DNA of 64,000 nucleotides, taken from the NCBI GenBank assembly GCA_037137535.1, contig JBAXKC010000006.1, forward strand, positions 10,835 through 74,834, read 5' to 3'. Source of the stretch: a bacterium. Lineage in GTDB: Bacteria > Cyanobacteriota > Vampirovibrionia > Gastranaerophilales > JBAXKC01. Positions 19,728 through 27,663 of this stretch are shown piece after piece. Each line of letters starts with the position of its first letter. Within the stretch, counting starts at the first letter, position 1. The translations under genes and the position numbers were made by a program. The notes beneath the pieces are model-generated. The model ran no database searches and was not told the DNA's origin. It worked only from the letters and a program-made list of their open reading frames with translations.

Positions 19728-21120
19728 GAATAATTTTAAAGACTTAATGCAACCCGGAAGTTTTATAGGAGCAACTTTAACTGCTTCGGGTATTAAAAAC
19801 GCCATTATAATTTTTCATGGGATTGCAGGCTGTAATATCGAGGCAATACATTTCAGATCAGACCAGATTCCGGGTGGGCATTATGTTCCTATAATACCGA
19901 CAGGTTTAAACCAGACAGATTGCCTTTATGGGGGCTATGAAAAACTTATTACCACTTTGAGGGATACTTTAAATTCTTCTATAAAACGAGGGCGACCACC
20001 AGAAGTTGTATTTATTTTTACAAGCGATGCTACTTCGATAATAGGTGATGATATAGAACGAGCCGCTAATGTTATAGAAGCTGAAACAAGTATTAAAACT
20101 ATAGCAATTGATTGTCCCGGATTTGCAGGCGGAACAGCTCATGGTTGCGATATTACGGCTGAGGCTATTTTTGAAAAATTCTTATACGAAAATAATTCTG
20201 AATTAAAGGATAAAAATGGAATTAACATAGTTTTCCCATATTTAATGGGTTCAAAAAACTGGGTTAATGACCATGATGAAATTGTAAGACTTCTTGAAGC
20301 CTGTGATGTTAAAGTAAATACAGTTTTATCAAGAAATTTAAAGATAAAAGAATTAGACAAATTTTTTAATTCTAAAGCAAATTACAATCCTTCCTCAGAG
20401 AATATCCCTTCTCTGGAAAAATATTCAGAAACTTATGACATAAAAACCATTAATAACAGCATACCTTTGCCTATTGGTATAGCAAATACCGAAGAATGGC
20501 TTGTATATATGGCAAAAAATTATGGAAATTTCGAAAAAGCTAAAGAAATTTTAAAGCAGGATGCAGATTTTATAAATTCTCAACTTAGATATAACTATAA
20601 TTTCAGCTGGATAAGCACGTTAATGCATGGAAAATATTGTTCAATTTTAGCTCATGCTAATTTTGCGGCATCACTAGCCAGATGTTTATATTGGGATTTT
20701 GGGATAATTACTAAAGTTATCGGTATTGTTGCAGAAACTCAACAGGCAATAGATAATGCTTTAGAGCTTTTAGAGCCACTTAAAGAGTTTTTTGATATGG
20801 AAATCCTTATTAATCCGACTTATCATGAATATGGTCAAATGATGACTTCTAAAAACGTTGATTTTTCTATTGGGGCAATTCAAGATAAACCTTTATCTTT
20901 GGGATTAAAAGTGCCTCATTTATCTCTTGGTGGATATTACTTTTATAATCAATATAATTTTATTCCTTATCCAAATATGGGAATAAGAGGAGTATTAGGA
21001 ATTATTACAGAACTATCAAGAGTTTTAGAAGATGCTTTTTATTTAAAAGATATGTTGTCTGAATATTCATACAAGGGCAGGGAGGAAAATATTGAAAGCA
21101 GCTGTTCTACACCAAAATAA
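19720..21120 (+). CDS. nflK: Nitrogenase component-1-like beta subunit (NifK/BchZ-like, non-canonical)
   Basis: QPGSFIGA, HGIAGC, YGGYEKL, TSDATSIIGDD, CPGFAGG, PIGIANTEEW, PNMGIRG; only one of the three NifK P-cluster Cys. The ATG at 19720 overlaps the upstream stop. Confidence 0.87.
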   Translation: MIKNNFKDLMQPGSFIGATLTASGIKNAIIIFHGIAGCNIEAIHFRSDQIPGGHYVPIIPTGLNQTDCLYGGYEKLITTLRDTLNSSIKRGRPPEVVFIFTSDATSIIGDDIERAANVIEAETSIKTIAIDCPGFAGGTAHGCDITAEAIFEKFLYENNSELKDKNGINIVFPYLMGSKNWVNDHDEIVRLLEACDVKVNTVLSRNLKIKELDKFFNSKANYNPSSENIPSLEKYSETYDIKTINNSIPLPIGIANTEEWLVYMAKNYGNFEKAKEILKQDADFINSQLRYNYNFSWISTLMHGKYCSILAHANFAASLARCLYWDFGIITKVIGIVAETQQAIDNALELLEPLKEFFDMEILINPTYHEYGQMMTSKNVDFSIGAIQDKPLSLGLKVPHLSLGGYYFYNQYNFIPYPNMGIRGVLGIITELSRVLEDAFYLKDMLSEYSYKGREENIESSCSTPK

Positions 21121-22114
21121 TAATTTTTTAACGATAGAAGAAGTCGAGCTTCCTCTAATTAATGATGATGAAATTCTTGTAAAAGTAATCGCATGTGGTG
21201 TTTGCCATACAGATTTGCACTATATAGATCATGGAGTGGATACTTTTCAATCAAAGCCTGTTATTTTAGGGCATGAAATATCTGGAATAGTTGAAGATAG
21301 TAAATCAGAGTATTTTGAAATTGGTGATAAAGTCTTATTACCTGCTGTTTACACCTGTGGAGAATGTTCATTCTGCTTGAAAGGAAGAGAAAACCTATGT
21401 AAAAACTTTACTATGCTTGGTAATTCTATCAATGGAGGCTTTGCCGAATATATTAAAGTAAAAGCAAAAGATTCTATAAAACTTCCTGATTCTATGCTTT
21501 TAGAGGAAAGTTGCATCATTGCAGATGCTGTTTCAACCCCATATTATGCAGTTGTACACAGAGCTAAAGTTGCAAAATATGAAAATGTTTTAATAGTAGG
21601 TTGTGGTGGTGTTGGAATAAATGCTGTTCAAATTGCTTCAATGCTTGGGGCAAATGTAATAGCGTGTGATATTAATGATAATAAGCTGAAAATTGCCAAA
21701 GAATTAGGTGCAAAACATACAGTGAACTTGGCAAAAGATGATTTAAAAACGTTCTTAAAAGATAATAAAATTACTATAAATAAAGCGTTTGAAATAATCG
21801 GGCAGCCCAAAACGATTGAGCTGGCTTATAAAATGTTAGGAGTTGGCGGAAAACTTTGTATAATTGGCTATACTAATCAAAATATCAATATAAATCCTGC
21901 TAAAATTATGTTCTATGAGCAAGAAATAATTGGCTCATGCGGATGTCCTCCACGAATATATCCTGAAATTATTGAATTGGTTGAAAAAGGTAAATTAAAT
22001 CTATCAAAAGTGATAAATAATAAATACTCTCTGGATGCTGTTAATAAAGCTTTTGACGAGCTAAGAAGCGGAAAGATTCTGCGTAATATCATCTTGCCTA
22101 ATAGTAAAATATAG
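21092..22114 (+). CDS. Zn-dependent medium-chain dehydrogenase, 6-hydroxycyclohex-1-ene-1-carbonyl-CoA dehydrogenase (Had/BamQ)-like
   Basis: CGVCHTDLHYIDHGV, GHE, structural Zn CGECSFC...C, ADAVSTPY, GCGGVG, GCPPRIYP. TTG start with GGAGG RBS overlapping nflK. MDR family is certain; the Had subfamily call rests on recalled motifs. Confidence 0.85.
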   Translation: MKAAVLHQNNNFLTIEEVELPLINDDEILVKVIACGVCHTDLHYIDHGVDTFQSKPVILGHEISGIVEDSKSEYFEIGDKVLLPAVYTCGECSFCLKGRENLCKNFTMLGNSINGGFAEYIKVKAKDSIKLPDSMLLEESCIIADAVSTPYYAVVHRAKVAKYENVLIVGCGGVGINAVQIASMLGANVIACDINDNKLKIAKELGAKHTVNLAKDDLKTFLKDNKITINKAFEIIGQPKTIELAYKMLGVGGKLCIIGYTNQNININPAKIMFYEQEIIGSCGCPPRIYPEIIELVEKGKLNLSKVINNKYSLDAVNKAFDELRSGKILRNIILPNSKI

Positions 22115-22233
22115 TCTTTAGCCAGAAATATATTACTCTATCTGATAAGCTACTGGCTAATTTGAAATTTAAGATATATCTGAAAAAATATTGTTGGCTC
22201 AAACTATGAGCATTAAATATTTTAGAGGGTGAA

Positions 22234-22953
22234 ATGGTAGAAGTATTAGATAAATCGATTGCAAGCATGTTAATTAATTCAGAAATTCAAATTATAGATT
22301 GTCGGATTGAATTTATTACTTATCTAAAACAAATTTTTATAAAAAACTTAGCTAGGGCTGTTGATTGGAATAAAATTTTTGATTTTAGTCTTAATTTTCT
22401 CTTGAAAATGAACTTAATTTCTATAAAAGTTAAAAATATAGAAAATTTAAGTTTTGCTCAGGCTAAATATCCGGATATTTATTATTGCCTACAAGGAAGA
22501 ACTTTAGATTTAATAATAAGTTATATTTTATCAAAACATGTTATTTGCTCTCAGATGATGTTGAATTTTGATAGTAAAAAAGAACTTAATGAAGCAAATA
22601 ATTTATATTCTTGCATAGAATTTCTTAGAAGAAATAAAGGTTCTGTATGGGTTGGTATTGATAAAAAACCTACTGATAAAATAGCAGAAGCTTATTCTTA
22701 TGGTGATAATATGTCGTATATTTGCTCAAATCTAAGCGGAATAAATATATTACCGATTTCTCATAAATTTAAAATAAGTAAAAAAATTGAGATATATTTT
22801 GAAGTTGGTAAACCAATAATATTAGGCTCAAATGATTTCAATGAAGAAGAACTGTCTGCTATATTTGAACAAGAAATTAAATCATTAGCCAATCAACAAA
22901 AAGAACAAATTATTAATAATGATTTTAGCGGTTATGATTATTCTTTAATATAA
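22234..22953 (+). CDS. Hypothetical protein, possibly a degenerate lysophospholipid acyltransferase (PlsC-like) fold
   Basis: GAGGGTG RBS. The C-half (ILPIS..., EIYFEVGKPI, ...IINNDFSGYD) resembles LPLAT C-termini, but the HxxxxD position reads QGRTLD. Confidence 0.5.
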   Translation: MVEVLDKSIASMLINSEIQIIDCRIEFITYLKQIFIKNLARAVDWNKIFDFSLNFLLKMNLISIKVKNIENLSFAQAKYPDIYYCLQGRTLDLIISYILSKHVICSQMMLNFDSKKELNEANNLYSCIEFLRRNKGSVWVGIDKKPTDKIAEAYSYGDNMSYICSNLSGINILPISHKFKISKKIEIYFEVGKPIILGSNDFNEEELSAIFEQEIKSLANQQKEQIINNDFSGYDYSLI

Positions 22954-22962
22954 TTTCTTCAT

Positions 22963-23007
22963 AAAAAAGAGTTTTGCCATTTTCTTTTATGCAAAACTCT
23001 TTTTTTT
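22963..23007. terminator. Bidirectional terminator
   Basis: AAAAAAGAGTTTTGC / GCAAAACTCTTTTTT between convergent genes; closes the nfl locus. Confidence 0.8.
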
Positions 23008-23027
23008 ATAAAATTAAATATGTTTAT

Positions 23028-23561
23028 TTAATAATCTGAATTAGAAACGTAATCTTCTTCATCTTTAAGACTGGATAAATCATCTTGATAGATTGCTTCA
23101 AATCCGTCAGGTAACATATCTTCATCTGGCCAAACAGTTGTATCATCAAAAATACATTCAGTTAAATTTTGAGTGGTACTTAGATCACTACTTGAAATGT
23201 CTGCACTTGAAAGGTCAGCACCGCTGAAGTCAGCTTCTTCAAATTCACATTTTTGAAGAATTGTGCTCATAAATTTAATTCCGTTAAGAATTGAATTAGT
23301 AAAATCACAATTTTTCATTGTAGTACCGGTTAAATCTATAGAGGTTAAATCACTGCCGATAAATTTTACATTTTTAACATACATATCTGTAAAATCCGAA
23401 CCAGTTAAATCGCAGTTGCTTAAATCAGCATCTTTCAACTCACATCCTCTAAAATCAAGTTCTGTAAGGTCTAACAAATCAGATACATCGTTAGGTCTTA
23501 CTTTGTTGAACTCATCAATTGAGCCATTTCTTAAGAGTTGAAATAAATCATCTTTCTTCAT
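23028..23561 (-). CDS. Pentapeptide repeat protein
   Basis: Tandem ADLSN/CDLTG/SDFTD/ADFSG/ADLSS units; acidic tail. Confidence 0.92.
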   Translation of the reverse strand: MKKDDLFQLLRNGSIDEFNKVRPNDVSDLLDLTELDFRGCELKDADLSNCDLTGSDFTDMYVKNVKFIGSDLTSIDLTGTTMKNCDFTNSILNGIKFMSTILQKCEFEEADFSGADLSSADISSSDLSTTQNLTECIFDDTTVWPDEDMLPDGFEAIYQDDLSSLKDEEDYVSNSDY

Positions 23562-23571
23562 AAAAAACCTC

Positions 23572-24204
23572 TTAAATTAAAATATTCATTTGCATCGCTA
23601 GGAGTACAGCCTGTGTTCTATTTGAAACGTTTAATTTTTTGAAAATGCTGTTCAGGTGAGTTTTGACAGTCACCTCTCTTACAAAGAGTTTATCAGCTAT
23701 GTCTTGATTGTTTGCACCCTGAGCAACCATTTTTAAAACTTCTTTTTCTCTTGTTGTAAGCGGTGCAATTGGCTCATTTGTAGTGAATGGAAGGTTTAAC
23801 GCTTTTGATTGTGTTTGTTTACTGTTCCAGTTTGATCTTCTTAAAAGAGCTTCTACTCTAGCCAATAGATTTGGTAACGCAAACGGTTTGACTATATAGT
23901 CATCAGCTCCAAATTTCAAGCCTGAAATTTGTTTTTGTTCACTATCTATTGCCGTAAGCATAATGATAGGAATATCTTCAATTTCTTTAGTATTTCTTAT
24001 TGCCTTTAATGTTTCCCAGCCGTCCATATTTGGCATCATAACATCAAGAATTATCATATCAATACTATTATTTGGTGCTGATATGATTTTTAGTGCCTGC
24101 AATCCATCAGTAGCAACTACAATTTCGTAACCGTACATCGGAAGCACATCGCTTAGGTATTTTGGATTATCATCTACAATTAAAATTTTAGCTATGGAAG
24201 ACAT
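23572..24204 (-). CDS. Response regulator (receiver plus LuxR HTH)
   Basis: VDD, LDVMMP, GADDYIVKPF; LTTREKEVL...TVKTHLNSIFKKL. Confidence 0.93.
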   Translation of the reverse strand: MSSIAKILIVDDNPKYLSDVLPMYGYEIVVATDGLQALKIISAPNNSIDMIILDVMMPNMDGWETLKAIRNTKEIEDIPIIMLTAIDSEQKQISGLKFGADDYIVKPFALPNLLARVEALLRRSNWNSKQTQSKALNLPFTTNEPIAPLTTREKEVLKMVAQGANNQDIADKLFVREVTVKTHLNSIFKKLNVSNRTQAVLLAMQMNILI

Positions 24205-24270
24205 TTAATACTATCCTAATGTTATATAAAACTACGCTACCAAATATTATAGCAGGATTTGAATAAATTG

Positions 24271-24972
24271 TTAAACTATACCATCTTTTAATGCTTTTAT
24301 TGCAGCTTGAGTCCTGTCATCAACAGATAGCTTTTGAAGTATATTACAAACATGAGCTTTTGCGGTATGTATACTTACAAAAAGTTTTTCTGCTATCTCT
24401 GCATTACTAAAGCCATCAACAATAAGTTTAAGAACTTCTAATTCTCTTTCTGTCAACTGGATTTTTTCAGAAGGTTCTTCATCTAAAGCATTTTCAGTTG
24501 TTTTATTTCCTCCTATTTCCACCGATGTTAAACACTTACCACTTTTTATTGATTTTAAAACTACATCTGCAATAGCAGGATCTAACCATGCTGCACCATC
24601 ATAAACTGATTCTATTACATGAAGAAGTCTGTCAGGTTCTATATCTTTCAGGCAATATGCATTAGCACCTGCTGTCAATGCTGTCCATACTTCGCTTTCA
24701 TTGTTGTGAGAGGTAAGAATAATGACTTTTGTTTTAGTGTCATTATTCTTAATTTCTTTTGTCGCCTGAATACCGTTTATTCCCGGTAAGCCAAGATCCA
24801 TAAGGATAATATCAGGTTTTATTTCTTTAGCTAATTGAACACCTGTTTCACCATCTTCAGCTTCATAAATATTTGTAATATTGCCTAATGATTCTAGTGC
24901 AGTTTTAAGCCCAAACCTTGTTAGGGTATGGTCTTCTATGATTAATACGCGTATGTTTTTAATTTTATTCAA
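24271..24972 (-). CDS. NarL/LuxR family response regulator
   Basis: IEDH, MDLGLP, LTSH, GANAYCLK; LTERELEVL...TAKAHVCNILQKL; TTG start. Confidence 0.93.
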   Translation of the reverse strand: MNKIKNIRVLIIEDHTLTRFGLKTALESLGNITNIYEAEDGETGVQLAKEIKPDIILMDLGLPGINGIQATKEIKNNDTKTKVIILTSHNNESEVWTALTAGANAYCLKDIEPDRLLHVIESVYDGAAWLDPAIADVVLKSIKSGKCLTSVEIGGNKTTENALDEEPSEKIQLTERELEVLKLIVDGFSNAEIAEKLFVSIHTAKAHVCNILQKLSVDDRTQAAIKALKDGIV

Positions 24973-25236
24973 TCTGTCATCCTATGTACATAAAATAATA
25001 CCTGATCTGTCTATTTTATTTTAATTGATTTATGGCAATCTATCAATTGTAAATGTGTTTTAAATTTACATTTTTACAGATAAATAATAAGTTTGCAGAT
25101 TATTTATGAGGCTATAGTCTACAAGTTGTAGTGCTTAAATATAAATTTATAAAGCTATCCATTTTTTATAATTTTCAGTTTTATTTTAATTTAATTTGAA
25201 AGATTGTTTTTTTATTGAAAATAAACGTAATTTTGC

Positions 25237-25261
25237 TGTGATTTTTATTAAAAAAATCACA
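25237..25261. promoter_or_regulatory. Inverted repeat, candidate operator
   Basis: TGTGATTTTT-N5-AAAAATCACA in the long divergent intergenic region. Confidence 0.3.
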
Positions 25262-25526
25262 TATAGCCAATTGTGGAATGTTCTTTCAAAATTTTACGAT
25301 TAATATAATTACTGAAATTCATAATCATTTAGAATAAATATAGTCGCTATAAAATATTTGGCAGTAATTAATATTAAATTAATAAATATTTACAAAAAAA
25401 ATAACTTTTTAACTATTCATTTTTTTTATATTTGGTTTTTATGCACATGGATATTTTGAATGAGTTAGAAAAACACACAAAGTTACTTTGTACTAGTCTA
25501 TGTTACAAAGAGAAGGAGACCTTTAA

Positions 25527-25682
25527 ATGATCACATTGAAAAAAAGAGAAACTGAAAGAGAAACATTACGTAATTCAGACGAATTTGAAAAGTATTTAAA
25601 GGAACAACGTTCAAAGACAACCTGCAATGGTATGGAATTGGCTCCATTCAGCTGGTACATGAAGGCATTAGGCTTATCATAA
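25527..25682 (+). CDS. Small protein (51 aa) not in the ORF track
   Basis: AAGGAG RBS upstream of ATG; MITLKKRETERETLRNSDEFEKYLKEQRSKTTCNGMELAPFSWYMKALGLS*; followed directly by a terminator. Confidence 0.75.
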   Translation: MITLKKRETERETLRNSDEFEKYLKEQRSKTTCNGMELAPFSWYMKALGLS

Positions 25683-25697
25683 CTTCTAAATAAAATT

Positions 25698-25738
25698 AAA
25701 AAAAATGACTCTGTTTTTAATACAGAGTCATTTTTTTT
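25698..25738. terminator. Bidirectional terminator
   Basis: AAAAAAAATGACTCTGT / ACAGAGTCATTTTTTTT. Confidence 0.85.
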
Positions 25739-25739
25739 G

Positions 25740-27521
25740 TTACTTCTTTTTTAATTTACTTATGAAAATTGGTTCTTTGCTTTTCTTTTTTTGAAGCGTT
25801 TTATGGTTTTTGATCAGATAATCAATCATTATTTTAAATTCTTTAGTATGAACTTCTTCAAAAATTAATTTATTCAAATCAATTTCATTAAGTTTTTTTA
25901 TTATATTTAATCTGTATTCGTCTTCATTGATTAGCTTTAAAATTAAATTTATATATTCTTCGTCATTATGAGTTATTAATTCTTCTAATCCTAAAATTCT
26001 TAATAAAGATGAAGCTGATCTGTTGAAAAACTTTTTCCCTTCATATGCAACCAAGGGTTTTCTCAGATAAACCATATCTACAGCTGTATTGTATCCTCCA
26101 TAAGGGTAGGAATCAATTGATATATCGGATTCTTCAATTAATGACATATAGGTATTATAGTTTACATTGCGGATAAGCTCAAAATTTTCTATGCCTAATA
26201 CTGAAGCAATTTCATTTTTAAGAGGAATAAAGCAATTATATCTGGTGGGACCTGATGCGCCATAAATACGGAATAATACTTTTTTCTCTGATTTGTCTAT
26301 AATTTTCTTTAAATTTTGCAGCATAGGATAATTTATTTTCATAGCACCCCATGAGCAGGAGATTATAAATTTATCAGTCTTGTTTTGAATATTTTTAATT
26401 TCATATTGAGGAAGTGCGGGCGGAGATGCATTTCCCGGCAGAAGAACAAGTCTTTCAGCATAATTTTCTTCAGCAAGTTCAGCAAATTCTACTTCTTCTC
26501 CACCGATGAAATAATCTATTTCAGATCCGTAAGTGCTGACTGGATGACCATAGCCTGCAATTTGTATCGGAGCTATCCTTAGATTTGAAAGATAGATACT
26601 TTCCGCTCCTAGTCCAATATCAGGGTAATAAATTAGCATATAATCATTGTCTATAACAGCACTTAAATCTAATTTTCCATTAATAAATTTTATGTTTTTT
26701 ACTTCATTGAACAAACCTTTCTCTATTTCGGGATAAGGCTCTCCTGTATTGATAAGAGTAAGCTCATAATTATCTTTCAATGATTCTACAAATCCGTAAC
26801 ACGTCCTGTATATTGAGGATCTTGCATTCCATCTTTTTGTTATTACTGCAATTTTCTTTTTATTATGTGAATTATTTATTGTCAGGTTTTTAAACATAGT
26901 TTTAATCAGTTCATTAATTTTGCCTTTGATTTTTTTATCAAGTCCGTCGCCATAATAAGAGCTTATTTGATAGGCAACATGTATTTGATAATGCATGGGG
27001 ACAAATCTTTCATCAATGTTTTTTAAATGATAAATAAAATTGTCATACATTAATTCATTTACATATCCGCCTATAAAAAAGTAAGCAAGATACCAGCGTA
27101 AACCAAATTCGATGTTTGCATCAAAAAGTTCTTTAATATTTATTCTAATAGTATTTCGTGCAGAATATAAAATTAATATTTTTAAATAATTATTTGGTTG
27201 GTTTTGTAAAATTTCTATATAAGTATCTGTATTTTTAAGGCGAGTCATTGCCACTAAATTAGATATAACCATATTTAAGTCTATAAGTGTTCTAGCATAA
27301 TCCACTCTTACAATATAGTCAGGCTTAGTGAAAAAATACATTAAATTTTCGACAAATATATTTATAAAGTAATAAGAAGAATCATCCATTTTAAAAAGAG
27401 TATTGTTTTTGTAATAGACGAGTACTTCTATAAATTTTTGAGTTATTTGGTCATAATTTTTATTCAAATATAACTTCATTAACTCGTCAGAATTAAAACT
27501 TCCCACTTTTGAAATATTCAT
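25740..27521 (-). CDS. GT41 family protein glycosyltransferase (HMW1C/OGT-like)
   Basis: YPDIG, RIAPIQIAGYGHPVST, IDYF, MKIN, DSYPYGGYNT; no obvious TPR array. Confidence 0.82.
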   Translation of the reverse strand: MNISKVGSFNSDELMKLYLNKNYDQITQKFIEVLVYYKNNTLFKMDDSSYYFINIFVENLMYFFTKPDYIVRVDYARTLIDLNMVISNLVAMTRLKNTDTYIEILQNQPNNYLKILILYSARNTIRINIKELFDANIEFGLRWYLAYFFIGGYVNELMYDNFIYHLKNIDERFVPMHYQIHVAYQISSYYGDGLDKKIKGKINELIKTMFKNLTINNSHNKKKIAVITKRWNARSSIYRTCYGFVESLKDNYELTLINTGEPYPEIEKGLFNEVKNIKFINGKLDLSAVIDNDYMLIYYPDIGLGAESIYLSNLRIAPIQIAGYGHPVSTYGSEIDYFIGGEEVEFAELAEENYAERLVLLPGNASPPALPQYEIKNIQNKTDKFIISCSWGAMKINYPMLQNLKKIIDKSEKKVLFRIYGASGPTRYNCFIPLKNEIASVLGIENFELIRNVNYNTYMSLIEESDISIDSYPYGGYNTAVDMVYLRKPLVAYEGKKFFNRSASSLLRILGLEELITHNDEEYINLILKLINEDEYRLNIIKKLNEIDLNKLIFEEVHTKEFKIMIDYLIKNHKTLQKKKSKEPIFISKLKKK

Positions 27522-27611
27522 TCGTTATTCCTAAAAAGCTATTCTCTCATTGTGATAACCGCATTATATACTTCTATTCAAAATAACGCTAATAATATTT
27601 ACTTATATAAG

Positions 27612-27642
27612 TAAACAGGACGATATTTTTTCGCCCTGTTTA
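27612..27642. terminator. Probable terminator hairpin
   Basis: TAAACAGG / CCTGTTTA stem with inner CGA/TCG, downstream of the 27664 gene. Confidence 0.55.
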
Positions 27643-27663
27643 TTTTTTATCTTTCAATAAGAA

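Noticed and set aside
17405-21120. Bona fide nitrogen fixation (nifHDK)
   Set aside because: The beta subunit has only one of three P-cluster Cys, the alpha subunit lacks the SQSLGHH region, and no nifE, nifN or nifB is in the locus.
17405-21120. Chlorophyll biosynthesis DPOR/COR (chlLNB or bchXYZ)
   Set aside because: The H subunit is NifH-like (GGPEPGQGCAGRG) rather than BchL-like, the beta subunit has no recognisable BchB/BchZ C-terminal PCP-red domain, and no pigment genes are present. Only the ligand pattern is analogous.
25488-25507. NtcA site upstream of the 51-aa gene
   Set aside because: The spacing is GTA-N11-TAC, not GTA-N8-TAC.
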